A DNA stretch of 64,000 nt, taken from positions 36,518,001 through 36,582,000 of the forward strand of contig NC_059435.1 in NCBI RefSeq assembly GCF_021028975.2. The letters are read 5' to 3'. Of this stretch, positions 23,701 to 36,965 are shown piece after piece (the first letter of the stretch is position 1; every line of letters starts with the position of its first letter). A program made the translations under genes and the position numbers. The DNA comes from Sphaerodactylus townsendi. Lineage: Eukaryota. The notes under the pieces are model-generated. The model did no database searches, was not told where the DNA came from, and saw only the letters and a program-made list of their open reading frames with translations.

Positions 23701-26700
23701 ATCTGCCTTCAGTAAATTTTACCCTTCTTGTGCCAATAAATGCCCTTGCCTTGACAACCTACCTCTTCCTCATGCTACTGTCCAAGCTTGGTGGCTGCAA
23801 TGCTGTCTGTGTTACTATTTGGATTTTTCCCATCTCTGTGTTAACTGAAGGAATAAGAACTTGTAATCTCTTCCATAAGCCTGAACAACTGAGCTAACAT
23901 GAAACAGTGTCAAAAGCTTTCAACACATTACTTATATACAGTGCCTTATAAACTAACCAGCTTTAAGTTATTTGACTTGGCCAAACATCTTTATTATTTT
24001 TACATAACTTTCAACTAGTTCATTTTTTATCTTTTAAAAAGTCTCTGTGCCTGTTTTATTTCTATGGCCAGGAAAGGTGGTTTTTAAACAAGTGACACGC
24101 TCCTGCTTTTCAGATGGTGCCTGGAATCTGTCCCAAAAGCCAGTATATATATGGCAAGAGGGAATTTTGGAGGGGAAAATCTCCTGAAGAATTCGCCGTG
24201 AGAGGGTTTGCCGGTGTACGTAAACATAATGAAAGATTCTTTAATCTTTAGGAACTAAGTATATACATACATATACACACAAACACCCCACAAAGAGTGA
24301 TCTTTGAAATCAGGAAATAATAGGTCAGCTGGCTTTTGTTGTGGATGTAACTGATTGGTACCACCAACTTTGCAATGTGAACTTCAAGTGTTTCTACCTT
24401 GGTTCAGTATTACTGATAAGAGCTAAAAAATAAAAATTACCAAAGGACCAGTCAAAATATGCCGATAGATTTTTTTTTGCCAAAAAATCTTGAAGAGGAT
24501 CATCATAGAACACTTAGTAAAAAATGATGAGGTTCGAAGAATATTCAGAATATGCAAAACAGAAAGTTAAAGATTTTTTTGGTGATAAGATAGTGTGACA
24601 AATTTGGCAGATGCAGCAAAATGGTTCGTTATCTAACTTGATGTCTTCCGCCATTCACCGTCTAACAATTTAAAAGTCGAAAGAATGATATAATGATCAT
24701 GATAAAAGATTATTTTCACAACAGCCAAAATGCTTTAAAATGATGTGAAGGCACTTAAAATATCAACTAAAAGTGTTCTTGCAATTCCCATCGGGTTGGA
24801 GTAAAAAAATAACCTTAAAAGCTTTGTTTCGTGACCAATCCAAAATATCCAGCTGGAGCAAAAATAGTAATAACAGACTTGGTTTAGCCAGCCGCGAAGT
24901 TTGCTCAGTTCCCGCCCCTAAAGCGAGCTTCATCCTGATTTGAGGATTTCCCTCATCCTGGGGATTTCGCAAAAATCAATTAATTTGGTAATTCTTTTCA
25001 AAAATCCCGTGCCAGTCCTGCTACTGTACGCAAATACTCCACTGGTTAGAAACTGCCTATTTTTTCCGCCGCCCCCCCCCCCGATCTCCCAGCTGACATC
25101 ATGTCAATTTTCAACTCTGCTGAGCCATCAACCATTCCCCTAACCACGCGTTCCCGGTAAAACACTTCCCCCCAGCACGCTTCTTCGGGTTCATGTAGTG
25201 ATCGCACGTGGTGCTGGATACCTTTCGCCTGAGTTAATCTTCAGGAGAGGAAGTCCTAAAATCGTGTCCCAGGATTTCTTTTCTGTACATGTACTCGGTA
25301 AAGCGATGAAGGAGCTGTGGGAGATGTATGCACTTTCTAAGCTAAAATGTGCCAGTGGGTGTTAATCACAGGAGGGAAGTTTCACATTTTCGCCTCCAAA
25401 ATAATAAGGAGAACATGAGTGGGACGTGATGTGTAAAGCAGGTGCAAAAGGTAATTCCATCAATCTGGGGTGCGCTGCGTAGACGCAAGTTCATTCAAGC
25501 TGCTGTCCTCGGAAACAAACTTCACCAATCAGAATGTAATACATTGAAAATGTTCTGCGCGATGTATGAATACACTCGTCATACAAAAGACCAAATGCAA
25601 AAACAAATTGGAGTATTTCCTCCCGGTCTTCACTTAATTGTTTCACAAAAACAGGAAGCCATGCAAAGGAAGAAACCAGGATAAAATAGACCCAGATTGT
25701 AAGATGCCAATTGTAACCTGGTATAATGCAGAAACGACCAAAGTAACTTCAATAGATCATGTAGCAATTCGGCAATTAGATTTGGCAGGTGGCGCAAGTG
25801 AGAACCTTTCAGTACCAGTGCTAGGAGGTAACAGCAGGGGGAAAGCCTTTTCTTCTATGCACAGTTTGCAGCAAAGATTGGTAATGTGTTTTGAATTGAA
25901 AGCTTGTACTTTTGGACCAAATCTTACTTGGAACACACTAAGATGATTTCCCTTTTAGCAGCTGCAAAGCATATACATTTATTGTGAGTTTTTATACATT
26001 CAGTATGTACACAACAACCTTCCTTTGTCTATAGATCATGCCATCTCTTTACTTGTAAAGTCAATTCTACTGCTTCCTTTCTTTCCCAGTATCACCATTT
26101 GACACATCTGTAAACCCCCACATCCACCATCACAAAGAAATAATGAGTTTTCACAATGCAGATAACTCTCCCAAGTTTCTATTTTAAACCATCCTTCTAT
26201 ACCACCCATTAGAACAAAAAAGGAAAGATACATTATTGCCAAACTCTGTATGTAACATGTATGTATATAGAGCTCTGAGCTTTGAAGCTAATTCACTTAA
26301 ACTGCATGTAAGGTTAATACAGGTGCCCGTGTTTTTATTCTTTGCAAAACAAATAGATTTGGCAATATAGACTGGGAAAATAGGGTGGGGGATAGACAGC
26401 ACAATCTTAAAACAGTGTGGCACTCTTCTAAATCTGTTGATTTCAGTAAATTTAGAAATGTATAACTCTGCTTAGAACCAGTGTGTATTCTTTTTACACA
26501 GAATATCATTGCTAAGATATATTTTCTTACCTTGTGAAAGTTTCTTGAAACAATTGGCCACCCACAGCCCCCCATTAGCAGAGCTCCTTTCTTTTGGAGT
26601 CCTGCTAGGAATGGGCTTGCTATAGCAACTGTGAAAATGTGTTACTCGCCTGGAGCCTCTAGGATCATGCACAAACTAAAAAAAAATATCTGCAAGGAAT

Positions 26701-26955
26701 AGTAATAATATTTTATCTGTTTCTTCTCTGTTTCAAGTGGGGAAATAAAACTGCATCCTGAAAGACTGTAACTGTAAGAAAAATATGTGATAGTTCTCGT
26801 AGTGACTCCTTCAAGGAGATAAAGCAAATCAGCCCTAAAACATTATTCCCTTCAAAATGCAAAAAAATCCCAGTTAATTTAAATAGTGATAAAAACAAGT
26901 GAGTGCCCCCACTTGGATAACACAGACTAACAGTGTTAAATTCTGAGCAGAGTTA

Positions 26956-27011
26956 GGTCCTTTCTGCACAGCAGAAATAAAATGTTCTGCAAATGTTTTC
27001 AAAAGATCTGG

Positions 27012-27049
<38 letters not shown>

Positions 27050-27851
27050 CTACTGCATGTAAAACCCAAGAGTTGCCAGCCAGAACAATTCTTTTTTTCT
27101 GCCTGCTGGCCAACAGAGCCTTTCAGACGGTTGGAGTTGGCGCTCTGCCATTCTGTGTTCTACCGGATTCTCACTGCCTCTGCCCTTTGCGGAAGTTTCT
27201 TCATGGAGACTTCCTCCTTTCCGCTTTCCATAATGTAGATGAATAAAGTTTGTTTCATTTGCCTGTAGCAATTCCTTCGCCAGTATTACGTTTCATTTTT
27301 TTCCTGTTTTTTTTTTTTTAGGTGAATGTCTGTGAAGCTATGCAACACAAATATGCACATACAGCAGCTTCTCTAATCATAACACTGTAGATTCACAGAC
27401 ATTCCCCTCAACAAAAGCAAAAAAATAAAAAATGGCACATGCTAGATTGCTAGGCAAAGCAAACTTTATTCATCCACTTTTTTCAGGGAAATTCCATGTG
27501 GATGAGCTACAAGCAGAGGAAACCTCCACGGGGAACCTCCATGGAGATTCTGCTGCAGCACACACAATAACGGGTGCAAATGGCGAACATTAAAATAAAA
27601 GGTTTGGGTGGGAGAAATAAAGCATTTCCTGCCTGCTGTTCTGTCAGCAGGTAGGAAACATCTTCAGTCTGGGTTGGGGGCGGGGGCCGGGGGGGGGAAA
27701 GATCACTGGTTTGACAATTTTTGAAAAATCCGGGCTGAGAGAAATGAAACATTCTGAAGATTTTGGGGGCAGAGAGCTTTATAAACATCTCCCCCAAAGC
27801 AGTTTTTAAAACATCCTCAAGATGTTTTATTTCTGCTGTGCAGAAAAGACC
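26956..27851. mobile_element. Non-autonomous PIF/Harbinger element, 896 bp, fold-back structure
   Basis: TIRs GGTCCTTTCTGCACAGCAGAAATAAAA / TTTTATTTCTGCTGTGCAGAAAAGACC; TTA target-site duplication (26953-55, 27852-54); central hairpin 27321-27410; (TG)n at 27015-27048. Confidence 0.9.
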
Positions 27852-28049
27852 TTATACTCTGCTAAGTCCACTTACTTCAGTGGACTTAGAAGGGTATAAC
27901 TCTGTTGGGGATTGCACTAAAAAGTTCCATATAGTCAGTCAGATCTGGAGTCCTGACTTACCTCTGAATTCTTTTTATTTTCACACTTGACAGACGCTCC
28001 TTAGTATTGAAAACTACATACATTTTCCAACTATTACTTTTTAAAATCA

Positions 28050-29092
28050 CATCACTCTGTGGAGAGCATGTAGACAGAGATGAATGAGGCCTGACCGTGG
28101 GAGACCTTTAAGATTCTATTTGACATCCAAAAACGATTTGCTTACAGTTTCTTCAGCAAGGATTATTCCCAAGACACAGCCTGATGCTTGCTGTAGAAAC
28201 TGACAGGACAGAATAATGGTGGAGATTTATGGATTATTCAACACCAATGAGAGAAACTGCAATTGGATGTATATTAGTGAACTTTGATGCACCATCATAT
28301 TAACCTAGACAAAACTGATAGAAGTTGCTTGGGAAACAAGGCTGACTGCATCCAGTCAGTGACAGGACCAATTTCAGACACTGTTCCTTTTATTCGCCAC
28401 TGGAACGTGGCAGTTTACCAGCCCCTTAGTGATTTCAGACAACCAATTAATTGAAGAGGGGACATGTTGGGAATTTGTAACTATTGTGGCAAAGAAAAAC
28501 GTTCCAAATGGAGAGTCTAGAATTTTTTGTATCTTGTATTAATACTTATGGCCTGTTCCTTTCAATCCTGAAAATCCAAAGTATGGAAAATTAAGTACAT
28601 TGATAAATAATGGCCCAGTATACCAACAAGACCCAGCAATCATGGTCACCTCTGCAGTGAGAGAAGGTGAAGTAGTATCCTTGAGCAGGAGATTGAGAGG
28701 GGGAACAGGACTTCTTATTGTATGCCTAGCTTCTCATGTTGTCTTCAAAGATTCCTGGGAAGTGAAGAGCACAAGTGGCTGCTTTTGCTTCTGGACATGA
28801 AGGGGAAGAGAAGAAATAATGTTATTATGCCAGCACTTCTGAAGTCATCTAGAGTCTTAGATGACCCCAGAAACAGAAAATAAGACTGCTAAGCCCCACC
28901 CCGCACCATTTTTACTGACCAGTGAAGAGACACTAAAAAGTCAGGGAAAGCAGGAGCATGATGGATAAGACTCTGAGTCTCACAAAAACATCAGTGGTCA
29001 GCTAAAATTAATTAAAATGCAAAATGAGGAACCCTTTCACAAGTTAAGTTCATCCTGAAAGCAAAGACTCCTGACTTACTAAGATAATTTCA
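28050..29092 (+). mobile_element. Probable LTR-retroelement 3' remnant (internal end, polypurine tract and LTR 28465-~29092)
   Basis: GAAGAGGGGA (28453-62) lies just upstream of TGTTGGGA; ATTAAA near 29011; candidate end ...TTTCA. No TSD confirmed. Confidence 0.5.
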
Positions 29093-29159
29093 GATTCCAG
29101 CCATATAAGAATGGTCTGTTCATAGCAACAAAATCTGATGAATTAATGAAGCTTCATCA

Positions 29160-29355
29160 ACAGCTTTACTTAGGTCTTGCAAAATGGGAACCATAGGTTC
29201 CTTTATTGAGTCAATTCATCTCATTTTGAGACTTCCTCTTTTCCTGCTGTCTTCAGTTTTTCCTAGCATTATTATCTTTTCCAGTGAGTCTTGTCCTCTC
29301 ATAAAGTGAATGAAGTACAATAGCCTTAGTTTAAGATTCTAGGGAGAGTTTAGCT
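29160..29355 (-). mobile_element. RTE/BovB LINE 3' fragment
   Basis: Minus strand reads SRKRGSLKMR*IDSIKE, the RTE C-terminal R(K)RGRPxxRWxD motif. Confidence 0.8.
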
Positions 29356-29394
29356 TTTTTCAATCAATTTGCAGCTGACCTATGACAACTCATA

Positions 29395-29536
29395 GGTGGT
29401 TTGCCATTGCCTGCCTCTGCGTATCAACCATGGTATTCCTTGATGGACTCCCATCTGAATACTAACCAGAACCAACCCTGCTTAGCTTCCAGTATATGCT
29501 GAGATTGGGCTAGCCAGGGCAGCCCAGGTCAGGGCT
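29395..29536 (-). mobile_element. 5S rRNA-derived SINE (5S-Sauria-like)
   Basis: Reverse complement GGAAGCTAAGCAGGGTTGGTTCTGGTTAGTATTCAGATGGGAG matches the 5S internal control region. Confidence 0.88.
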
Positions 29537-29780
29537 GATTGGATTGCCATCCAACTGGGGTTGCCATCTCTGGGTTGGGAAATAGATATTTTGGGGGTGG
29601 AGTTTGGGGAGGGGAATGACCTCCACAGGTTGCAACATCATAGAGTCCAGCAGCCATTTTTTTTGCAGGGTAACAGATCTTAATCATCTGGAGATCAGTT
29701 GTAATAGCGGTTGTCACCATCCTCCAGTCTGTTCAGGCGGGAACCCAAATAGCAAGTCTTGAGAAGAGGTCCTTAACTCA

Positions 29781-30281
29781 GGCCCTTTCCGCATGACAGC
29801 AGAAACGAACCTCCACCACAGCATGCGAGCAGCCCCAACTGCCTCCCCAGCCAAGAGAGGTGGCTCTGCACAGAGCTGCCTCTCTTCCAGTCCCCTCCAC
29901 TGACCTCTTCTTCCAGCATTGCTCTGGAGGACTGCAGGGACCAGGTCATCTGCCCTCTGACCTCCAGGGGTTGGAGAGCAGCATGGGCAGGTCTCTGCAG
30001 CCCTCCAGAAAGACGCTGGAAGAAGAGGTCAGTGGGAGGGACGGGAAAAGCGGTGTCTTCCCAGCAGTGCAGTTTGGTAACTGCTTTGCTTGACCGAAGG
30101 ATGCACCCGCTTTGCAAAGGCACCACTTAACTGCAACCAGCTGAGGAGTTTACAGTGGCTGACTTCACACTTTCCTGCTCTAGAGAAGCTGACCAGGATG
30201 GCGCTGCTGCGATGCAGTCTTTGCCGTCCCTGGGTTTTTGCCATCCCTGGGTCGCTGTATTTCGCCCGTGCAGAAAGGGCC
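29781..30281. mobile_element. PIF/Harbinger MITE with internal hairpin
   Basis: TIRs GGCCCTTTCCGCA / TGCAGAAAGGGCC; TCA TSD on both sides; inner inverted repeat ~29885-30047. Confidence 0.9.
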
Positions 30282-32867
30282 TCACATACATAACATAACT
30301 GTCTAATGTCCTTGAACTTTTGTGTATGATTAGCAGTATATTTGCAGCTCATTTGTACATCATTTCAGTGTATAAAGTTCATTGATAAAGTTAGGTTTTC
30401 CTGGAGATCCTGCACACGTGTCATTTTTTAGTTTTGTTTGTTTTAAATGAGGTATCTTTGAAGCTACAATGGCACATTATGAGAATTGCAGCATTTCCTG
30501 GTATTAACTGTATTAATGAACATTTTGCAAGCCTCTCCGTACCACAAGCAGAGGAAACTCCATGCGAACATTCTGCAAATGGGGGCGGCACAAAGTCTCT
30601 GGAAGAGGGCAGAAAATATGGGGTGCAAGCTGCTCAGTGGAAACTGAAAGTAACAGTAGGAAAGGGGGAGGTGGGAAAAAGAACCATTTTCCCTGCCAAT
30701 GCTTTATTTGTCTGCTATTCGGACAAAAAAACCCCCCAAAACGGTTCTTTTTAAACAAACATCAACAAACATCATTAACAGCATAACAACAAAAATAGGG
30801 TAGATGGCAAATTAAATCACCCTTGTTGGGCATAAGCCTCACTGTAGCCTGGCCAGTTTCTAAAATCACTTGGTGGGTTCCAGGAAAGGTCTCAGATGGT
30901 GCCATGGTGTCAATTAGGGACTTCTGCTCTAGAGACTTAAAAGGCAGAAAGACAGCTATTTATTGTTCCAATGTCCTATCTTCATTTTTGTTTCAAGTTG
31001 TGATCTTGTACAACGTAAGCCATTGTGTTGTCAGTCAATTGTGCAAGCTGTTGAAGTATGAGCTACTTGAGAATAATTTAGAATTTTGGATGAAGTCAAA
31101 TGTGAACGAAATTCACAGCAGTTTTCAGCTAAACCTGAAGTGACCTGGGATCATAACCATGAAATAACAAGCATGTTTCTTTAGAATTAACAGGACTCTT
31201 GTAATCTGATTTCCAAGATAAGCTAAGAAAATTATTGTGCATTTTTAATTAAAGTCATAAAGTCCAACATCTGGCAGTCAGTACATTTGTGATATTACTA
31301 GCAGCAAAGACTTCTAAAAGGTAGTTTGAGCAAGTTCCTCCAAATGTCCTTGTTCCTATGAGCGCCAGTTGCTTAGCATTCCCATTTGACTTTGAGGAAA
31401 TGCTAACCTGCTGTTAGATATTGTAAATTATTTAGAAAATGTGAAGATAGGAGGGCATTTATTCTGACTCCAATAAAAATGTTAAAATAAGTAAATGGAA
31501 CACAGATTTTGTATCAAAATATTTTACCCAGCTCCACATTTTATAACATAAAAATGCTGCAATAAATAAACAAGTATATACAGGAATTTGGAATATTTTC
31601 TTTAATCCTGAAACTGATCACATATATTTCATGTTGTAAGTGTAAAACTAAACAAAAGTATTCCAAGTTTTATGAGGAGCACCAGAGCTTTTTTATTTCC
31701 AGGTTATTACTTTATAGGCTTTTTCAGTTGGTTCAGGCCTGTGGAGACTGTAAGTCATTACCATCCCAATGCTGTTCACTACAGCTATGTGAACCTAACT
31801 GTAATTAATCCCAAACTCTGCAAAGGTTCACTAACCTTTTTTTTTTGACAAATCTTGATAAAGTTCAGGAGCATTAAAACAAGTTTATGACTTCCACTAA
31901 GAACAGAAGGAAAGTTTGACAGTTTGGTTTTGATTTGGAAAGGTCACTCAAACAAAAAGATTGAAAAGGAATACAGAAGGGAAATGTGGAGAAAAGGGTC
32001 CAGCAAAGTCAAAACCAAAGTAACCCCATCTAGCCCCCCCACACACACACCCTTACCCCAGGCAAAGCACTTTTTTTTAACTTTCCAGAAATACAGAGGC
32101 ATTGATGCAACATAGCAAACTAAAGCATTCCTGAATGTGCATTGTGTTGCTTAAATAATGAGCTTGGGGAAGGCTGAAACTTACCTGACCGTTTCTTTCA
32201 TACGAGGGAGGGGTATATGCTATGAGTGTGAGTTTGTGTTAGGGCCTGGTCTGATATTATTTCACAGCATGGAAGCGGCAGCAACATGATTCCTCCCTAC
32301 ACCACAGTGATAATGTCAGGCACAATCTCAATATGATGCTGACAAAGCGAAAGAACTTGTTCATGAGACTTTCCACTCCCACAGTATATCATTTAAGCTG
32401 ACATCTATCCACACAAAGAAGAAGAAGAGGCCTATTATGCATTGGAACTCTTGGGGCTCTTAACTGGAACTCTTAACTGCACAGTGGGGCTGTAGTGTGG
32501 TCTCCTCGGGTTTCTTTGTTTACATGCAAAGAGCCATTCTCTGCCTGCCCCACAGCTTGCTTGCTGAAGTCACAATGAGCCTCTGCTTTTCCTGGTTCTC
32601 TCAACACCCATCAGCTCCTTCTTAATGGCACAGATCTCATCACACCTGTTGTTGCAAGATAAAGGGTTTTGATAAAGCCCTTTAAATTTCAGTTATAGCA
32701 ATATTCTTGTAATTGCAGTTCTAGACCAACCCAAAAATGATCCCCCCCCCAACCGCAAATGAAAGAGGTGAAGCAATTCCCTGGACCACATGCTGCTGAA
32801 GAAAGGGATCATGTTCTAGATCCCCCTTCCTTCCCAAACTCTCTCTGCCCTTCTCCTTCTATCCACA

Positions 32868-33140
32868 CAAAGAAGAATAGTTTGGATTTACATCCTGCCT
32901 TTCTCTTCTGTAAGGGGTTTCAAAGTGGATTACAAATTCCTTCTCCTTCCTCTCCCCACAACAGACACCTTGTGAGGTAGGTGGAACTGAGAGAGTTCTG
33001 AAGAACTGTGACTAGTCTAAGGTCACCCAGCAGGCTTCATATTTGGAGCAGGGAAACAAATCCAGAGGAGAGTGTGGAATCAAACCTGGTGGTTTTTTTT
33101 CAGATTAGAGTCCACTGCTCTTAACCACAACACCAAGCTG
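32868..33140 (-). mobile_element. tRNA-derived SINE (Squam3-like)
   Basis: Reverse-complement homolog of 3776-4029 and 43635-43921. Confidence 0.82.
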
Positions 33141-33247
33141 AAATGGGGACTTAAATTAGCACAGTATCTAAAGGGTCTACTGATCTCTGGTATATTATCA
33201 AAGAATGCTTAACTGCTCTGCACAGGGAAGTGGCCCAGTTTAACCAA

Positions 33248-33700
33248 GGCCCTTCCCACACAAGTAAATAAAGGGCGGGATAAAACCCGGGTTGGGGGAG
33301 GGGGACCGCATGGATCCCACTCCTAATGGAGTCTGCTCCGCATCCCCTCCCCAACCCGGGTTTTACAAGAATTGTGATTTGTGCAATTGTTTTGTTTTAG
33401 TGCACCTCCCAACTGTGGCTGAGCAAATGGCCCTGGGTTGGAGGAGAGTTATGTGGCTGCGCTGTTTTGGGGTTGTTTTTTTACCTCCCAGCTCCTATTG
33501 GCAGAGCCACACAGGCACCTCTCGTGTCAGCAAGGCTCTGGGGGTGCACTGCAGAGCTGTGCATCGGTGGGACATAGGGAAAAAAACCATGCACCACCGT
33601 GTGAAGGCGCGGTAGTGACCTGCATTAATTTCAGGGCCACCCACACAGAGGCATACGAACGTAGCAACCCCCAATGTCCAGGCATGCTGAGTCACTCACT
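33248..33700. mobile_element. Harbinger-type element with internal inverted repeat
   Basis: Start GGCCCTTCCCACAC; AAAACCCGGGTTGGGG...CCCCAACCCGGGTTTT hairpin at 33282-33364; right end unclear. Confidence 0.55.
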
Positions 33701-33702
33701 AC

Positions 33703-33831
33703 GGCTGATTCCGCATGGGCCAAAAACAGCGGTGTGAAAACGGTGTGAAAACAGTATAAACCCTTTTACACCGTTTTAAACCCTTTTACACCATTTTCAC
33801 ACTGCTGTTTTTGGCCCATGCGGAATCAGCC
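33703..33831. mobile_element. 129-bp PIF/Harbinger MITE
   Basis: Long TIR GGCTGATTCCGCATGGGCCAAAAACAGC; subterminal GGTGTGAAAAC repeats; same length and family as 62756-62884. Confidence 0.92.
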
Positions 33832-34234
33832 TATAACAGACAACAGTGTTTTCGTGTGTGTAGCTTAAAAAGGTGTGACATCCTGTAAGTCAACAGAGGT
33901 TCTAAAGTATCAAAACTGGAAACAGCAGCTATTGCATAGCTTGCTCAGTCCCTTTAAATTCAGTGAGCCATCTTGATTAGAGTGCAGAGGTGACAGATGA
34001 AGATTGTTTCCCTTCTTAAACTAGCTGCTCTGGCGATGCTGCTTTACATTATTGCAATCTATTGAATGGATCATTAAACTATGCTCTAGACCTTGAAGAA
34101 AACTCAAAAGAAGACTGAGCTACAAGAAACTGTAGCTGCTTTTCAGCTGATACTATTTCACCCATTCCAAAACAACTGCACAAGCTGCCCATATGCTTGT
34201 GTCTGTCCAATATGTTGGTTCTTACTTCTAAATA

Positions 34235-34560
34235 ACTTAGTTTATTTAACTTAGAAAATTTTATGCTGCCTCTCCAGGTTCTTGGCAGAGACTGTTTATA
34301 AAACAAAAATAATAAAATTTCAAAAGCTATTAACTAAAATCCAGCAATAAGAAATGAGGGGAGGAGACCCAGAATAAAAAAAACAGACCATAAAAACAAG
34401 TCACAGATAGCCTAAAACAATTCCAGACTAAAAATGAGGTTAAAAATCATCCCCTCAATTTCTGGCTGAACAGAAACGGTTTTGCCTGGAATCAAAAAGA
34501 GGCACTGTAGCAGGCCAGCCTCAAGGGGAACAGCATTCCACAAGTAAAGCACCATGAAGT
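34235..34560 (-). mobile_element. L2 3' end fragment
   Basis: Typical L2 3' pattern (AAACGGTTTTGCCTGG...CATTCCACAAG) and an AT-rich tail. Confidence 0.6.
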
Positions 34561-35410
34561 GTGCTCAAACACCCACCAGTTCAACTCACATCCTGCTTGC
34601 AAGTTACAAAGACCTGATGTTTTGATGATCATTCAAAAGTTTATTGATCTGTTTATCAATGTTTGAAGATGGTTTCACTGTATTCCTTTCCATGGAGTAC
34701 AGCACAATTGGCTTTTTGTGTATGTTTGCTCTCACATAGGTCAACTCGGTTCTGCTCAACTGCTGTGCAGGGCAACTGAATCACTCAATTACTCACTCAT
34801 AAATCATATACATCAGTCATCAGTGAATGCTGTGTTTCAATAAAATCCTACTCTTTTGTCTTTATCTACATAGTCCTTAGTGAAGTGCATGGCCACAGAT
34901 CACATATACATAAGCCTTTATTGGCATCAAAAGTACAATCCAGTATACTAATTAAAAGGAGTCATAGTTGTTTAACATTAAAAAGCAACATAAAACATAG
35001 AAGAAATAACATTATGAAAATGCATATGTTACAATTTTACGGTACCTAAAATTGACACTTGTTCTTAACAAATCTGCAGAAGGGCTATTTAATAAGGAGG
35101 ATTTCACAGTGCAACCCAAGAGTCGGTTCTCAGTGCTAGAATAGGGGTTAAGAACTTGGCCCGAATCTCAGCGTAGAATGAGCAGAAAAATAAAATACAT
35201 TGTACTGTTTCAATAGTTGTTGAATCACAAGAGCAGACTCGCTCTGCATATGGCACTCTCTGGAATCTTTAGAGAGTAAGGCAGATGACATAGCTTTAAA
35301 GCAAGTGAGAACGTACGCTCTGCACTGACGACCACTGATCAGTTTGAACTAGAAATGCCTTGGCCCATCCACAATTTGGGGAAAATCCAGTGTAAAACAA
35401 TTTGACAAAT

Positions 35411-35511
35411 GAGCCCTTTGGGGGTAGGGCGGTTTACCAAATTGAATGAATGAATGAATGAATGAATGAATGAATGAATGAATGAATGAATGAATGAATG
35501 AATGAATGAAT
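35411..35511 (+). repeat. Short L2/SINE-type 3' end with (GAAT)n tail
   Basis: GAGCCCTTTGGGGGTAGGGCGGT...AAATTGAAT followed by ~17 GAAT units. Confidence 0.8.
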
Positions 35512-36965
35512 ATTTGCAGTTACGTGGCACAAACTGAACAAAGTGATTGGGTGATATTTGATATCTACATTTGAAGACATTAAGTTTGACAACTGCAGTG
35601 AAATTTTTAGGTGCCAACATCCTTAGGTGACTCTAGTAAAAAAAAGCCCTATTTCTGGTTGCTACCGAACTCTCCTTTGAGGTTGTGAGGCAGGTTTTAA
35701 CTGACAGACTGGACAATATAGAAGGAGGTGGTCCTTCAAGATCAGGGATTCACAGATTTGAAGGATCACCTCTCTTTGTACAAACTCTCCTTGTATGAAT
35801 TCATGCAGTCTTTCAGATTTGCCCAGCAGGATCTTCTAGGAATTCCCTTCTGGCTGCTGGGATGAGTCATCAGTGGATGTGCCCAAATCTACTTCTGCAG
35901 CCCTTAGAAGAGCTTGTACAATAATTTCATTTGGAGTTCACAATTACTTTGGAGTTCACTAACATAGGGCCCAATAATATCTCTTGATGGTTAAATCTGC
36001 CCCTAGAAATCTGTGTTTCTGGCTGTGTGCATTTATTCTGCTCAAGGAATGTTTCCAGTTTTTAGCAGGACTATTTCGTAAATGATTTCTTTATTCTAAA
36101 AAGTTTGCCTTTTCATGAAAAATCTATGATATACTCTACAAAAAGGGCATTCATACCAGTGGATCACAGAAATATACGATGGAGATTTTAGCTAACCATT
36201 TTATATGACTATTTCTCTAGGTTGAATTTGCTTTAAGCTGACTTCTCTATAGATTTTCATGTGCTGATTCAGAATAAATCTAAACTGCAAGAAATATATT
36301 TTGAAAAACTTTGGAAAGTGCAGTATTATGGATCAATGACAAGCCCAGTTCAGATAAGTAAATCTACTGAAAACTCATAATTACATTAACCTTAAAAAGT
36401 ATCATTTTATATTTTATTTATTTAAACTTAAAACAAAATAGGTATTTGCTGCAATGACAAACTGTCAGCAGAAGTTTTGTGATTCTATTTCCCCACAATT
36501 AATTTGATCAGAAACAGAGAAAAAAAACCACCATTGCAAATAAGAAGAATGTTATGTACAAAATGTCTTGTTGAAAATGGATCTGTTGCAATCTAACTTA
36601 AAAATGTGGAAGGCAAGGGCTTAAACCCAACAAGCAGATTGTCACAACTGTGTTCATAACAGATTTAATATAAATACTGTTCAGATCTGCAGGCCTCCAA
36701 TTCGTTTTTCTTCTGTGGTGTGTATAAAGTTTTTAAAAGAAAAACACATTTTTATTAAATTTTAACTTATCTAGGAAAATTTAATTCAGATGCCACATCT
36801 GGTATTAAGTGACAGCATGCTTGTCATCCAGTTTTCCACATGAACTGAGAGAAGAGCAAGAGGCTTGAACCAGCTGCTGATTATTTACTCTGCAATCAAA
36901 TGACTCACATGACATTGAAAGCCAGAGTGCCTTTAGCAGGCAGAGAGTCTTTCTCCTTCCTTTAA

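Noticed and set aside
25140-25440. Polinton/viral capsid-like minus-strand peptide
   Set aside because: Only a vague resemblance, in-frame stops, and no polB, integrase or ATPase motifs nearby.
29395-29536. 5S rRNA gene
   Set aside because: Divergent, altered 5' end, continues into a SINE body; several dispersed copies.
33720-33810. CRISPR-like repeat array
   Set aside because: Vertebrate DNA; these are short subterminal MITE repeats without unique spacers, and there are no cas genes.
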